Assembly: GCA_012295275.1 (NCBI GenBank)
Contig: CM022665.1
Coordinates: forward strand, 8,556,001-8,620,000
Direction: 5' to 3'
From: Chrysomallon squamiferum
Lineage: Eukaryota; Animalia; Mollusca
Length of the DNA stretch: 64,000 nt
A program made the position numbers and the translations under genes. Position 1 is the first letter of the stretch. Each line of letters opens with the position of its first letter. The notes under the pieces were generated by a model, which made no database searches, had not been told where the DNA came from, and saw nothing but the letters and a program-made list of their open reading frames with translations. Shown here piece by piece: positions 42,801-57,393 of the stretch.

Positions 42801-45800
42801 ATTTATACACTGGCCATTCAAATACAATTAGAGAAAAATCACTAAATAAATATAATATTATTAATAAAAGTGGCTTGTAGAATAAAAATGACACCAAATA
42901 AAATCTACTGTACGTTTAAAAATCTTTTATAAATTCAACAAGATCCTCTCTGAAATTCTGATAGATACTTCGTTAAAAATCATTTACGTCTTAAAAAAGT
43001 AAATAAATATTAAATAAAAATAAGTATACATCATGTATTCCTTTTTTTGTTGATGCTGAATGACATTCAAGGAATACAGGAATTATTTTCTATTTAACCA
43101 TTTTTCCTAGGAGAATTCTTTATTTATTAAAATGAAAAAAAGATTATTATCTGAAATGAAGTGATTAATTTAACACACTTTCCTGCAATACATCTTTACT
43201 TATTAAAAAAAAAAAAAAAAATTAACTGAAATCCAGCATATATTTCTAAATTAGGATTTCTATACTGAAATTATGATATTTTACAGATTATATTTTGCTG
43301 CCAGACATACGTGAAATATTATGGAGGTAGAAATCATACTTTCTATATAGAGAGTATCCTGAACGATTATGCATTTTATTAGGCCATTCAATTACAATTA
43401 GAGGAAACTACAAATTAATTGAATAATATTAATATGTCAAGGTAGTCGGTATAATGAAACATGATATTAAATAAAAACTACTCTTAGTTTACAATTGACT
43501 TCCACGGCAGAAAACATTCAATTTCATAATGTTCGTAAACTTTATAAAATTTACTAATTTTTTTAAAACCTCCAGAAACAGTAAATAAAGATATATGTCA
43601 GTATTCCTTTTATACTGAATCTAAACAGCTTTTGAAGAATATACGAATTATTTTTTATATTAACGGTCTTTCCTCGACATCTTTACTTAATGAAAGAAAA
43701 TAATATTAATTGAAATGAAGTATAGATTTTCAAACTATGCCTTTCATGTTAAGATAATGATTGCTTCAAAATTGTACTTTACAGACAAAGATACAGAGAG
43801 TCTAAATATTTCCCCGATGGTCATAATATTTTATGAAGTAATAAAGAACACAATCTTTTTCATAAGTGGGCCATTCAAATAAAATTAGAGAAAATCACTA
43901 AATAAAAATAATATTAACAGAGATGGCTCATACAATAAAAATATCATGTCATAAAATCTACTGTACTTTTAGAAATCTTTTATAAGTTCAACAAGATTTG
44001 CTTTGATCGTGTGATCAATACTTCGTTAAAAATCATTTACGTCTTAAAAAAAAAAAAAAAATACTAAAAAATAAGTATAGATCATGTATTCCTTTTGATA
44101 TTGACGCTGAATAGCATTTAAGGAATACAGGAATCGTTTTCTCTTTAACCATTTTTCCTAGGAGAATTCTTTAATTATTAAAAAAAAGTTTATTATCTGA
44201 AATGAAGTGTTTATTTTAACACTCTTTCCTGCAAGACATCTTTACTGATTAAAAACAAAAATAATACAAACTGAAATCAAGTATATATTCTTAAATTAAG
44301 ACTTTCATAATGAGATTATGATACCTTACAAATTATATTTTGCTGCCAGAGATACGTGAAATATTATGGAGATAGAAACCAGACTTTACACAGAGTATCC
44401 TGAAAGATTATGCATTTTATTATAATGATATATGTCAGTATTCCTTTTATACTCAATCTAAACAGCTTTTAAAGAATATACGAATTATTGTTTATGTTAA
44501 CGGTCTTTCCTGGAAGACATCTTTACTTACTGAAAGAAAATAATATTAATTGAAATGAAGTATATATTTTCAAACTATGCCTCTCATGTTAAGATAATTA
44601 TTGCTTCAAAATTGTACTTTACAGACTTAGATACGGACTGTCAGCATATTCTCCACGGTCAGATTTTTTTTTATGAAGTAAGTAATAAAGAAGACAACTT
44701 TATTTATACACTGGCCATTCAAATACAATTAGAGAAAAATCACTAAATAAATATAATATTATTAATAAAAGTGGCTTGTAGAATAAAAATGACACCAAAT
44801 AAAATCTACTGTACGTTTAAAAATCTTTTATAAGTTCAACAAGATCCTCTCTGAAATTCTGATAGATACTTCGTTAAAAATCATTTACGTCTTAAAAAAG
44901 TAAATAAATATTAAATAAAAATAAGTATACATCATGTATTCCTTTTTTTGTTGATGCTGAATGACATTCAAGGAATACAGGAATTATTTTCTATTTAACC
45001 ATTTTTCCTAGGAGAATTCTTTATTTATTAAAATGAAAAAAAGATTATTATCTGAAATGAAGTGATTAATTTAACACACTTTCCTGCAATACATCTTTAC
45101 TTATTAAAAAAAATATATATATATATTAACTGAAATCCTGCATATATTTCTAAATTAGGATTTCTATACTGAAATTATGATACTTTACAGATTATATTTT
45201 GCTGCCAGACATACGTGAAATATTATGGAGGTAGAAATCATACTTTCTATATAGAGAGTATCCTGAACGATTATGCATTTTATTAGGCCATTCAATTACA
45301 ATTAGAGGAAACTACAAATTAATTGAATAATATTAATATGTCAAGGTAGTCGGTATAATGAAACATGATATTAAATAAAAACTACTCTTAGTTTACAACT
45401 GACTTCCACGGCAGAAAACATTCAATTTCATAATGTTCGTAAACTTTATAAAATTTTCTAATTTTTTTAAAACCTCCAGAAACAATAAATAAACATATAT
45501 GTCAGTATTCCTTTTATACTGAATCTAAACAGCTTTTGAAGAATATACGAATTATTTTTTATATTAACGGTCTTTCCTCGACATCTTTACTTAATGAAAG
45601 AAAATAATATTAATTGAAATGAAGTATAGATTTTCAAACTATGCCTTTCATGTTAAGATAATGATTGCTTCAAAATTGTACTTTACAGACAAAGATACAG
45701 AGAGTCTAAATATTTCCCCGATGGTCATAATATTTTATGAAGTAATAAAGAACACAATCTTTTTCATAAGTGGGCCATTCAAATAAAATTAGAGAAAATC

Positions 45801-48800
45801 ACTAAATAAAAATAATATTAACAGAGATGGCTCATACAATAAAAATATCATGTCATAAAATCTACTGTACTTTTAGAAATCTTTTATAAGTTCAACAAGA
45901 TTTGCTTTGATCGTGTGATCAATACTTCGTTAAAAATCATTTACGTCTTAAAAAAATAAATAAATGCTAAAAAATAAGTATAGATTATGTATTCCTTTTT
46001 ATATTGACGCTGAATGGCATTTAAGGAATACAGGAATTGTTTTCTCTTTAACCATTTTTCCTAGGAGAATTCTTTAATTATTAAAAAAAAGTTTATTATC
46101 TGAAATGAAGTGTTTATTTTAACACTCTTTCCTGCAAGACATCTTTACTGATTAAAAAAAAAAATAATGCAAACTGAAATCAAGTATATATTCTTAAATT
46201 AAGACTTAGATAATGAGATTATGATACCTTACAAATTATATTTTGCTGCCAGAGATACGTGAAATATTATGGAGATAGAAACCAGACTTTACACAGAGTA
46301 TCCTGAAAGATTATGCATTTTATTATAAAGATATATGTCAGTATTCCTTTTATACTCAATCTAAACAGCTTTTAAAGAATATACGAATTATTGTTTATAT
46401 TAACGGTCTTTCCTGGAAGACATCTTTACTTACTGAAAGAAAATAATATTAATTGAAATGAAGTATGTATTTTTAAATTATGCCTTTCATATTAAGATAA
46501 TGATTGGTTGAAAATTGTACAGAATTAGGTATGGAGCGTCAGCATATTCCCCATGGTCCGAATATTTTGATGGAGTAAGTAATAAAGAACACAGCTTTAT
46601 TTATACACTGGCAATTCAAATAAAATTAGAGAAAATCAACGGCAGAAAACATTCAGTTTCATAATGTTCGGAAACTTTATTAAATTTACTTTTTTTTTAA
46701 AACCTCCAGAAACAGTAAATAAACATATATATCAATATTCCTTTTATACTCGATCTAAACCGGTGTTAAAGAATATACGAATTATTGTTTATATTAACGG
46801 TCTTTCCTGGAATACATCTTTACTTACTGAAACAAAATAATATTAATTGAAACGAAGTATATATTTTCAAACTATGCCTTTCATGTTAAGATAATGATTG
46901 CTTGGAAATTGTACTTTACAGAGATATACACAGAGAGCCAAAATATTTACCCGATGGTCAGTATATTTTATGGAGTAAGTAATAAAGAACAGAACCTTTT
47001 TCATAGGTGGGCCATTCAAATATTATGGAGATAGAAACCATACTTTACACAGAGTATCCTGAAAGATTATGCATTTTATTAGGCTATTCAATTACAATTA
47101 GAGGAAACTACAAAATAGTTGAATAATATTAATATGTCAAGGTAGTCGGTATAATGAACCATGATATTAAATAAAAACTAGTGTTAGTTTACAACTGACT
47201 TCCACGGCAGAAAACATTCAATTTCATAATGTTCGTAAACTTTATAAAATTTACTAATTTTTTTAAAACCTCCAGAAACAGTAGATAAAGATATATGTCA
47301 GTATTCCTTTTATACTGAATCTGAACAGCTTTTAAAGAATATACGAATTATTTTTTATATTAACGGTCTTTCCTCGACATCTTTACTTAATGAAAGAAAA
47401 TAATATTAATTGAAATGAAGTATATATTTTCAAACTATGCCTTTCATGTTAAGATAATGATTGCTTGAAAATTGTACTTTACAGACATAGCTATGGAGTC
47501 GCTGAATATTTTCCCCATGGTTAGAACATTTTTATGGAGTAAGTAATAAAGAAGACAACTTTATTTATACACTGGCCATTCAAATAAAATTAGAGAAAAT
47601 CACTAAATAAATATAATAATATTAATAAAAGTGGCTTGTAGAATAAAAATGACACCAAATAAAATCTGCTGTACGTTTACAAATCTTTTATAAGTTCAAC
47701 AAGATCTGCTTTGATCGGGTGATAGATACTTCGTTAAAAATGATTTAGGTCTTAAATAGTAAATAAATACTAAATGAAAATAAGTATACATCATGTATTC
47801 CTTTTATATTGATGCTGAATGGCATTTAAAGAATACAGGAATTGTTTTCTATTTTAACCATTTTTCCCAGGAGAATTCTTTAACTATTAACAAAATAAAA
47901 AAGATTATTATCTGAAATGAATTGATTATTATAACACTCTCTCCTGCAAGATATCTTTACTGATTACAAATAAACAAATATTAACTGAAATCAAGTATAT
48001 ATTCTGAAAAAAGGACTGTCATACTGACATTATGATACCTTACAAATTATATTTTGCTGCCAGATTTACGTGAAATATTATGGACACAGAAGTCATACTT
48101 TATAGAGAATACCCTTAAAAATTGTTCATTTTATCTGGCTATTCAATTTCAGTTAGAGGAAACTACAAAATAAATTGAATAATATTAATTTGTCAAGATA
48201 GTCGCTATAATGAAACATGATATTAAATAAAAACTACTCTTAGTTTACAACTGACTTCCACGGCAGAAAACATTCAATTTCATAATATTCGTAAACTTTA
48301 TTGTTTATATTAATGGTCTTTCCTGGAAGACATCTTTACTTACTGAAAGAAAATAATGTTAACTGAAATGAAGTATATATTTTCAAATTATGCCTTTCAT
48401 GTTAATATAATGATGGGTTGAAAATTGTACTTTCACAGAGATATTGCGAGGCTGAATATTTTCCCCATGGACAGAATATTTTTATGGAGTAAGTTATAAA
48501 GAACACAGTTTAATTTATACACTGGCCATTCAAATAATATTATAGAAAATCACTAAATGAATATAATAATATTAATATATAGAGATAGTTTATAGAATAA
48601 AAATGATATCAGTTGAAATCTACTGTACGTTTGCAGGATCAGCTTTCAACGTGTGATAGATAATTCGTTAAAAATAATTTACGTCTGAAGAAAGCAAATA
48701 AATACTAAATAAAAGTAAGTATACATGATCTATTCCTTTTTATATTGATGCTGAAGGGCATTTAAGTAATACATCAGTTATTTTTTATTTCAACCATTTT

Positions 48801-50720
48801 CCCTCGATGAGATCTTTAATTATTAACAGAAAACATTTGTTGTCTAAAATGAAGTAGATATTTTCAAATTAGGCCTTTCATATTAATAATGGTTACTTGA
48901 AAATTGAACTTGACAGAGAGCACGATCACTTTCAGCGATGGTCAGAACATTTTCTGGAGTAAGTATAAATAACAGCATTTTATTTATACTCAGGTTGTTC
49001 AAATAAAATCAGAGCGAAGAAAAAAATAAATTTAAAAAGATTAATATTATAAGATATCTTATACAGTAAAAATACGATCAAATAAAATCTATTACAAGTT
49101 TACAAATCCTTCTAAAGTTCAACAGACGATAATTCATTACACATATTGTTTTTTAAAAGTAAATTAATACTAAATAAAAATATGTATAAATCATATATAT
49201 AATGAATAGGAGTTAAAGAACGTACGACGTATTGTTCATTTTAACAATATTACCTGGAAGAGACGTTTGCTTATTAAAAGAAAATAATGTTAACTGAAAT
49301 GAAGTATATATTTTCAAATTAGCAATTTCATACTGACATTACGATTCCTTACAAATTATACTTTACTGCCAGAGGAAAAATTTTTATATATGAAAGATTT
49401 TGGAGACAGAAGACATACTTTACAGAGAAGATTATGTAAGATTATGAATTTTATTTATACTTAGGCCATACAAGTAAGATTAGAGGCAGTCGGTATAATG
49501 AAACATGATATTAAAGAACATCTGTGCATGGCAGAAGACATCAGATTTCATAATGTTCAGAAACTATATTAAATGTACTTATTTCTTAAAGCCTACAGAA
49601 ATAGTAAATAAAGATATATGTGAACATTCCTATCATATTGAAGCTAAACGGCTTTTCAAAAATATACTTATTATTGTTTATATTAAAAGTCTTGCCTGGA
49701 AAATTAGAGAAATGCAACAAATAAATTTAATAATATTAATATACTCAGCTTATATAATAAAAATGCTATCAGATAAAACGTACTCTATGTTTATAAATTT
49801 TTGATAATTTCCACAAGATCAGCTTTCACCATGTGATGGATATTTCATTAAACTTATTTATTTCTTAAAAAGTAAATAAGTAATAAACAAAAATAGGCAG
49901 ATATCGGGTATTTCTTTTGATATTTATGCTGAATGGCATTTAAAGAATATTAGAATTGTTGTTTATTTTAACCATTTTTTTTCTGGAAAAGATCTTTAAT
50001 TATTAAAAGAAAAGATTATTAACTGAAATGAAGTAGATGTTTTCAAATTAGGCCTTTTATATTAACATAGTGATTATTTGTTTACTTTACAGAATGAGGA
50101 TACTCTTACAGAGAGGCTCATATGTATTATGAGAGTAAGTATAAATAACAGAATTTTATTTACACTGAGGCCCTTCAAATAACATTAGAGGGAACTAGAA
50201 AGTATATTTAATAGTATTAATATTTTGAAATAGTATACATAAGTAAAAAAGGTATCAAATAAAATCTTCTCTACCTTTACAAATGATTTCATGAGGTGAT
50301 CGTTCATTAAGCGTTTATATTTCTCAAAATGTAAATAAATACCAAATAAAAGTATAATTTAAAATTACAACCATAGATTCCTTTTATAAATGATGCTACC
50401 GACTTTTAAAGAATACGAGTCTTATCGTTTATTTTTAATCATGTCCTAGAAGAGACCTTTACTTACATCACTTAAATCAAATAACTTTGGAAAAAAAAAC
50501 TACAAAATAAATTTAATAATGTCAGTATCTTCAGATGGCTCGTAGAATAAAAATGATTTAAAAAGATAAAATCTACACTTCGTGTACATATATATCTCTT
50601 GTAAGTTCAACAAGATCACATTTGATCATGTTGTAATGCACATAAACATTATGAAACATATTTATTTTTTACAAAGTAAATAAACATTAAATCAAAATAT
50701 AAAAAAGATACAAACATACT
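30860..50720. repeat. ~20 kb AT-rich macrosatellite: homogenised core (~33050-46500) of ~1.91 kb higher-order units with diverged flanks
   Basis: Marker (C/T)TGACTTCCACGGCAG at 32796, 33941, 35855, 37767, 39681, 41592, 43495, 45399, 47195 and 48251; core spacing 1903-1914 bp. Confidence 0.97.
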
Positions 50721-51198
50721 AAGATAAAACAGAAAGTTCCTTTATAAAAAAAAAAAAAATAAAATAAAATAAAATAGAAATAAAATTCAAAAAAAAAAAA
50801 AAATGTATAGCTAGTTTAAAATGTCATTTTATTATTTAAATGAATTAGATTTTCTCATCTTTTTTTTTTTTTTTTTAATTTATTAATGACTTTTAATGAA
50901 CAAATGATTTATTATTTATTATTAGGAATTTAAGAATGCAGTCTCAGCTTATTAAGTTTATATTTATGTTTTATAAGTATACTCAGATTTAATGTTTGCT
51001 TAAAAAAAACACAAATATTAATAATAAAAATAAAAAAAATCACAAAAAATAAAAATAAAAATAAAAATAAAAATAAATAAATAAATAAATAGATAAATAT
51101 TTACAGCTTCAGCCCTTTTCAGTTACAAATGAAATAATTTATCACATATTTATCTATTATCTTTACTTGACCACAATCCTTACCAAGAAACAAAACAG

Positions 51199-51276
<78 letters not shown>

Positions 51277-51682
51277 TAATAAAATAATAATAATAATAAT
51301 ATAAAATTATAAAAAAAAAATATAATGTTAACAAATTGTTATGACAGTATAATTAGAATATAGTAACGATAAAATGTACAGCTTCGCTTTAAAACAAGTG
51401 ACATGTCTTGAAGAATTTTTTAATTTTTTAAAATAACGTATTGTATTAATATAATTGACACCGCAGTGAAGACAGAAAAAAAAAAAAAATAATAATAATA
51501 ATAATAAAAATAAAAAAATAAAAATACCGAGAAGTATAAAAAAAATAAAAATAAATAATAATATAAAATAAAATGTAAAGCGTATTAATATTACGAATTG
51601 TGATAATAGTATAATTAGAAGTAATATAGTAACCACAAAAGTTATTGCTTCGCTTTAAAATAACAAGTGATGTCACTGGAAG

Positions 51683-51723
<41 letters not shown>

Positions 51724-52619
51724 CGTTATTATATGTATTACAATAGCCACTGCAGTGAAAGCTGATGAAACTGGTTGGGGAAAAAAATAATAATAATAAA
51801 AAAATAAAATAATAATATACCGGAAAGTATATTTAAAAAATAAATAAATAAAAAATAAAAAATAACATATTTGAAGAAACAAAGAAACAAAGTACGTGCA
51901 TTTACAGCTTATGCACGTTTCAACAATGTATGATTTGCTAATAAGATAAGTTACAAAGGAAATAATTTAGCACCTATTATCTTTACTTGACCACAACTAT
52001 TACCAAGAAGCAAAACAGAGAAAAAAATAAAATAAAATAAAAAACATAAAATAAAATTTAAATAAATTAACAATAAAAGTGATATATGGATAATTAGAAT
52101 TAATATAGTAACGACAAAATTTATTGCAGTTCAGGATAACCAATGACGTCACGTGATTTTCTATTTATTTATTTATTTATTGAAACTTTAAAAATAACGT
52201 TATTCGCCGTTATTATGTATGTTGTATTACAAGTGCCACTGCAGTGAAATTTGATGAAACGGGAGGGAAAAAAAAAAAAAAAATGATTGCATTTACAGCT
52301 TATGCACTTTTCAACAATGTATGATTTTCTAATAAGACCAGTTACAAAGGAAATAATTATAGCACTGATTTACCTATTATCTTTACTTTACCACAATTCT
52401 TACCAAGAAAAAAAAATAAGAAAAAATTAATAACAATACGAATTGTGATAATAATATAATTAGAAATAATATAGTAACGATAAAATGTATTGCTTTGCTT
52501 CAAAATAACCAGTGACGTCTCGTAACGAAACTTTTTTTAATTTTTTTTTTTTTTTTTTAATTTTTAAGAACAACGTTATAGACCATTATTGTGTTTGTTC
52601 TATTGCAATTGCCACTGCA

Positions 52620-52686
52620 ATGAAGACTGGTGAAATTGGTGAAGAAAAAAAAAATAATAATAATAATAACTTAATAATAATAATAA

Positions 52687-52739
<53 letters not shown>

Positions 52740-52919
52740 TATAGATAAGTGAAGACTGGTGAAATTGGTGAAAAAAAAAAAATAATAATAAATTAATAAT
52801 AATAATAATAATGATAATAATAATAATAATAATAATATATAGATAGATAAGTGAAGACTGGTGAAATTGGTGAAAAAAAAAAAAATAATAATAATAAATT
52901 AATAATAATAATAATAATG

Positions 52920-52952
<33 letters not shown>

Positions 52953-53093
52953 TATAGATAGATAGATAAGTGAAGACTGGTGAAATTGGTGAGAAAAAAA
53001 ATAAAAAAAAATAATAAATTAATAATAATAATAATATATAGATAGATAAGTGAAGACTGGTGAAATTGGTGAAAAAAAAAATAATAATAATAA

Positions 53094-53130
<37 letters not shown>

Positions 53131-53294
53131 GATAGATAGATAAGTGAAGACTGATGAAATTGGTGGAAAAAAAAATAATAATAAATTAATAATAATAATA
53201 ATAATGATAATAATAATAATAATAATAATAATATATAGATAGATAAGTGAAGACTGGTGAAATTGCTGAAAAAAAAAAATAATAATAATAATAA

Positions 53295-53325
<31 letters not shown>

Positions 53326-53470
53326 TATAGATAGATACCTAGATAGATATATAGACACACGCACGCACACGATACGAAAACTCAACAATTGATTGTAATA
53401 CTAATATAACACCAAGACTTGTGAAATTGGTGAAAAAAAAATAATAATAATAATAATAACAGATAGATAG
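52620..53470 (+). repeat. Tandem sub-array in the left arm: GTGAAGACTGGTGAAATTGGTG + A-run + (TAA)n + (GATA)n
   Basis: Core at ~52620, 52749, 52851, 52970, 53050, 53144, 53247 and partially ~53413; period 80-130 bp, set by microsatellite length. Confidence 0.93.
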
Positions 53471-54804
53471 ATAGATACTACAATTGATTGTAACACTAAT
53501 ATTAATATTTATAGTATTAATAATATTATAAGTCAAATTAATAGATTTATAAAATTAAAAATAATATTTGTAATTGTTCAGATAATATCAAGTTGTAGTT
53601 GTAGTTGTAGTAGCAGAATACGTTGTAGTCGTTGTCATTGTAGAAGTGTCTATAATCTGAACTCCGAATACAGAGATCGCTTTGAATGTTCACGAAGTAT
53701 GAATTGTTATTTCTTCATCAAGAGCGTGTTGCGGTTCTTTATGATACTGCCCTCTGACCTGCTGGAGAATATGGCAATCCTAAATCCACTGGTTTGGGCA
53801 CTATCACAATTGTTCATGATTATACGGATGATGGGAAGGATTGCACTGTTTACACAGAAAACACTATGCTGAAAAGAGAAAAGTATTTACGGTTGACCAT
53901 CATAATGGCTCCATTATACACAAGTATCCCGATTCGTGAGGATTTTGCGATAAAAAATGTTTCTTGCGTTTTTTCAGTCCTCAGCCATGGGAAATGGATC
54001 AAATTTAATCATCACCTGACTGATAAGTGAATTTATTTACCTTACCCGTGCGTGTGTGTTCCAGCACAATGCAAACATTTTTGTAGTCTTTCTATACCAT
54101 CCGTGATTGACAAAACTGAGAGTCCAAACATATCGGGTTGCAGAGCGAAAGAAATATTACTGTGTCTGCTGCAACTTCGTGTCTCAGTACTGCGCTTGTC
54201 GTCTGACTCTGGTCTTCATGACGTCAGAGTATGCAAATTAATATTTGAAACTATAAACCGTTATATTTACGTAACAAAAATTAGTTACGTATAATCTAAC
54301 AATAACATGCTTGCAGCAATGGTGTGGTTTCTAATTTTGTCCCAGTGTATCTTACCGTTATCGTAAATTCTTTTATCACAAAATTTAAAATTCTATGGAG
54401 TAGAAGCTAATGTATTTAATATTGGATTGTTTGTTTTAAAGAATAAAGAATGAATGAATAATGTAATGTTGGTTTAACGATAATCCTGTAATTTTATTTA
54501 TGATGACTTGGTGTGAAACATGTTTTTGTGGTGATAATAAGAGAAAAGAAGGCACTTATACCTCATATTAATTTCCTCGTTGATGTATATATTTAGGGAC
54601 TAGAGGCTTAACTGTAAAAGCGATCGCTCCCCATTAACACATTTTTCCAAAGTGGCGCTTTTTTTAACACTAGTTCACTTGTGCGATAAAAGTCGAATGT
54701 TTATCATTTCTTATTTTTTTATATTATTTTATTTTATTTTATCGCTAGGCCTAAGAAGAATTTTCTGGACTCATTACTTTATTTAAACAACCGCCCATTG
54801 TTTT

Positions 54805-54951
54805 GAAATGTCTGCTCAGTTGTGGGCCAGTTTAGATTGTCTGGAGAATATTTGCTCGCCACTGAAAGAGAATCAGCTACCGAGCTGGATTATAATAAAG
54901 TAATAGATAATGAATGCTGGAATGAAGTGCAGACGAAAGATAATGCTGTAG
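54805..54951 (+). mobile_element. hAT transposase C-terminal (dimerisation-domain tail) relic
   Basis: SVVGQFRLSGEYLLATERESATELDYNKVIDN, then after a frameshift AGMKCRRKIML*; resembles the ZMYM1-like hAT tail LRSTMxQxRLSxLxLLxIExExAxxLDYxxxIDxFAxxKxRR. Confidence 0.65.
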
Positions 54952-55281
54952 TTGCTTTATACATTTTTCACATTGCTTACTTTTGTTTTGGTTTCATTTT
55001 ACGTTTAAAATTTTAAAAATTAAGAAATTATAAATAATTTCTACAATTACAAATATTATTATTGGTTTTATAAATCTATTAATTTGTGTTTTATAACACT
55101 ACTTATACTATAATTATTACTTATTATTAGTTTCAAATTATTGCTTTTGCATTTGACCATTCAGCCATTATTATAAGACTACAGCTGCAGATTATTATTA
55201 TTTATTCTAATACAGTAACAGTTAATATTACTGTTACAATCTGTTAATTCGTATTGTGTGTGTGTTTTAATTTTTTTAAAA

Positions 55282-55329
<48 letters not shown>

Positions 55330-55693
55330 TTCCTCCAGTTTCATCAGCCTTCACTGCACCGGCAGTTCTAATCCAACAGATATAATAACGGTGTATAACG
55401 TTATTTTTAAAATTAAAAAAATAATAATAATTAAAATAATTAAAATCTTCACATAACTTCACTGGTTATTTTCACAAAATTTTATCGTTACTATATTCCA
55501 ATTATACTATTATCGCAGTTCGTATTGTTATATATACATATATATATATATATTATCATTATTATTATTATTTTCTTTTTTTCCTGTTTTCTTTCTTTTG
55601 GTAAGAATTGTGGTCAAGTAAAGATAATAACTAAATCTGTGCTAAATTATTTCCTTTGCTAAATCATACATTGTTAAAAAGTGCATATCTAGT

Positions 55694-55750
<57 letters not shown>

Positions 55751-56035
55751 TTACTATATATATATATATTTTATTAATTTATTATTTTTGTTTTCCCCAC
55801 CAGTTTCATCAGCCTTCACTGCAGTGTCAGTTGTAATACATATAATAGCGGAATAATGTTAACTTTAAAAAAAAAAAAATTAAATAAAATTAAAATTAAA
55901 ATTCTCCACGTGACGTCACTAGTTATTCTGAATAGAAGCAATACATTTTGTCGTTACTATATTACTTCGAATTATATTATCACAATTTCATATTATTAGT
56001 AATATATTTCTTTTCTCAGTCTCTTTTATTTCTTC

Positions 56036-56069
<34 letters not shown>

Positions 56070-56211
56070 CTTAATTTAGTCTTCACTAAAATTTATTTCT
56101 AAATTTTATAATTTTTAAACATTTTATTTAATATTATATTATTTTATTTATTTTATTATTATTATTAATGTGGGTTTTTTTGTTTGTTTGTTTTTTGTGG
56201 GGTTTTTTTGC

Positions 56212-56242
<31 letters not shown>

Positions 56243-56540
56243 CATAATAATCTCTTTAACGTTATTCTTAAAATTTAGAAAAACAAATAAAATAAAAATA
56301 GTTATTCTAAACCAATAAATTTTGTCGTCACTATATTACTTCTAATTATATTATTATTACAGTTTCGTATTATTATTTTATTTTATTTTATTTTATTTTA
56401 TATTTGTTTTCCTCTTTTGTTTCTTCGTAAAAATATTTGTTAATATTTTTTTTTTTTTATTTTTGGCCCTAATTTCATCAGTCTTCACTGCAGTGTCAGT
56501 TGTAACTAATACATATAATAACGGTGTATAACGTTATTTT

Positions 56541-56575
<35 letters not shown>

Positions 56576-57318
56576 GAACTCTTCATATGACGTCACTAGT
56601 TATTCTGAATAGGAGCAATAAATTTTGTCGTTACTATATTACTTCGAACTATATTATTATCACAATTTTGTATTATTATTCATTATTTTATTTTATTTTA
56701 TTTTTTCTCTCTCTCTTTTATTTCTTCTTGTTATTTTATTTTATTTTATTTTATTTTTTTTATTATTATTATTATTTTTTTTAAATATACTTTCCGGTAT
56801 ATTATTTTTTTTATTATTATTTTTTTTTTTTCCCCAACCAGTTTCATCAGCTTTCACTGCAGTGGCTATTGTAATACATTTAATAACGTTACAAAAAAAA
56901 AAAAAAAAAAAAATAAAAAATATTCTTCCAGTGACATCACTTGTTACTTGTTTTTAAAGCGAAGCAATAACTTTTGTCGTTACTATATTACTTCGAATTA
57001 TATTATTATCACAATTTCGTATTATTATTTATTATTTTATTTTATTATTTTTTTCTCTTTCTTTTATTTCTTCGTAAAAATATATATATATATTTGGGGT
57101 TTTTTCACCAATTTCATCAGTCTTAACTGCAGTGTCAGTTGTAATACATACAATAACAGTGTATAACGTTATTTTACAAAAATATTAAAAAAAAAAAAAA
57201 AAAAAAATAAAAAAAATTGATCACGTGACGTCTCTGGTAACTCTAAACCGAAGCAGTACATTTTGTAGCTACTATATTAATTCTAATTATACTGTTATAA
57301 TATTTCGTAATATCAGTA

Positions 57319-57393
<75 letters not shown>

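Noticed and set aside
34164-44746. Repeated ~63-aa ORFs MKY(R/I)FSNYA...
   Set aside because: Satellite-derived; broken by T-run indels in sister copies and no domain similarity
52620-53470. Repeat-spacer pattern resembling a CRISPR array
   Set aside because: The 'spacers' are just A-runs, (TAA)n and (GATA)n of variable length; no unique spacers, no cas genes, eukaryotic context
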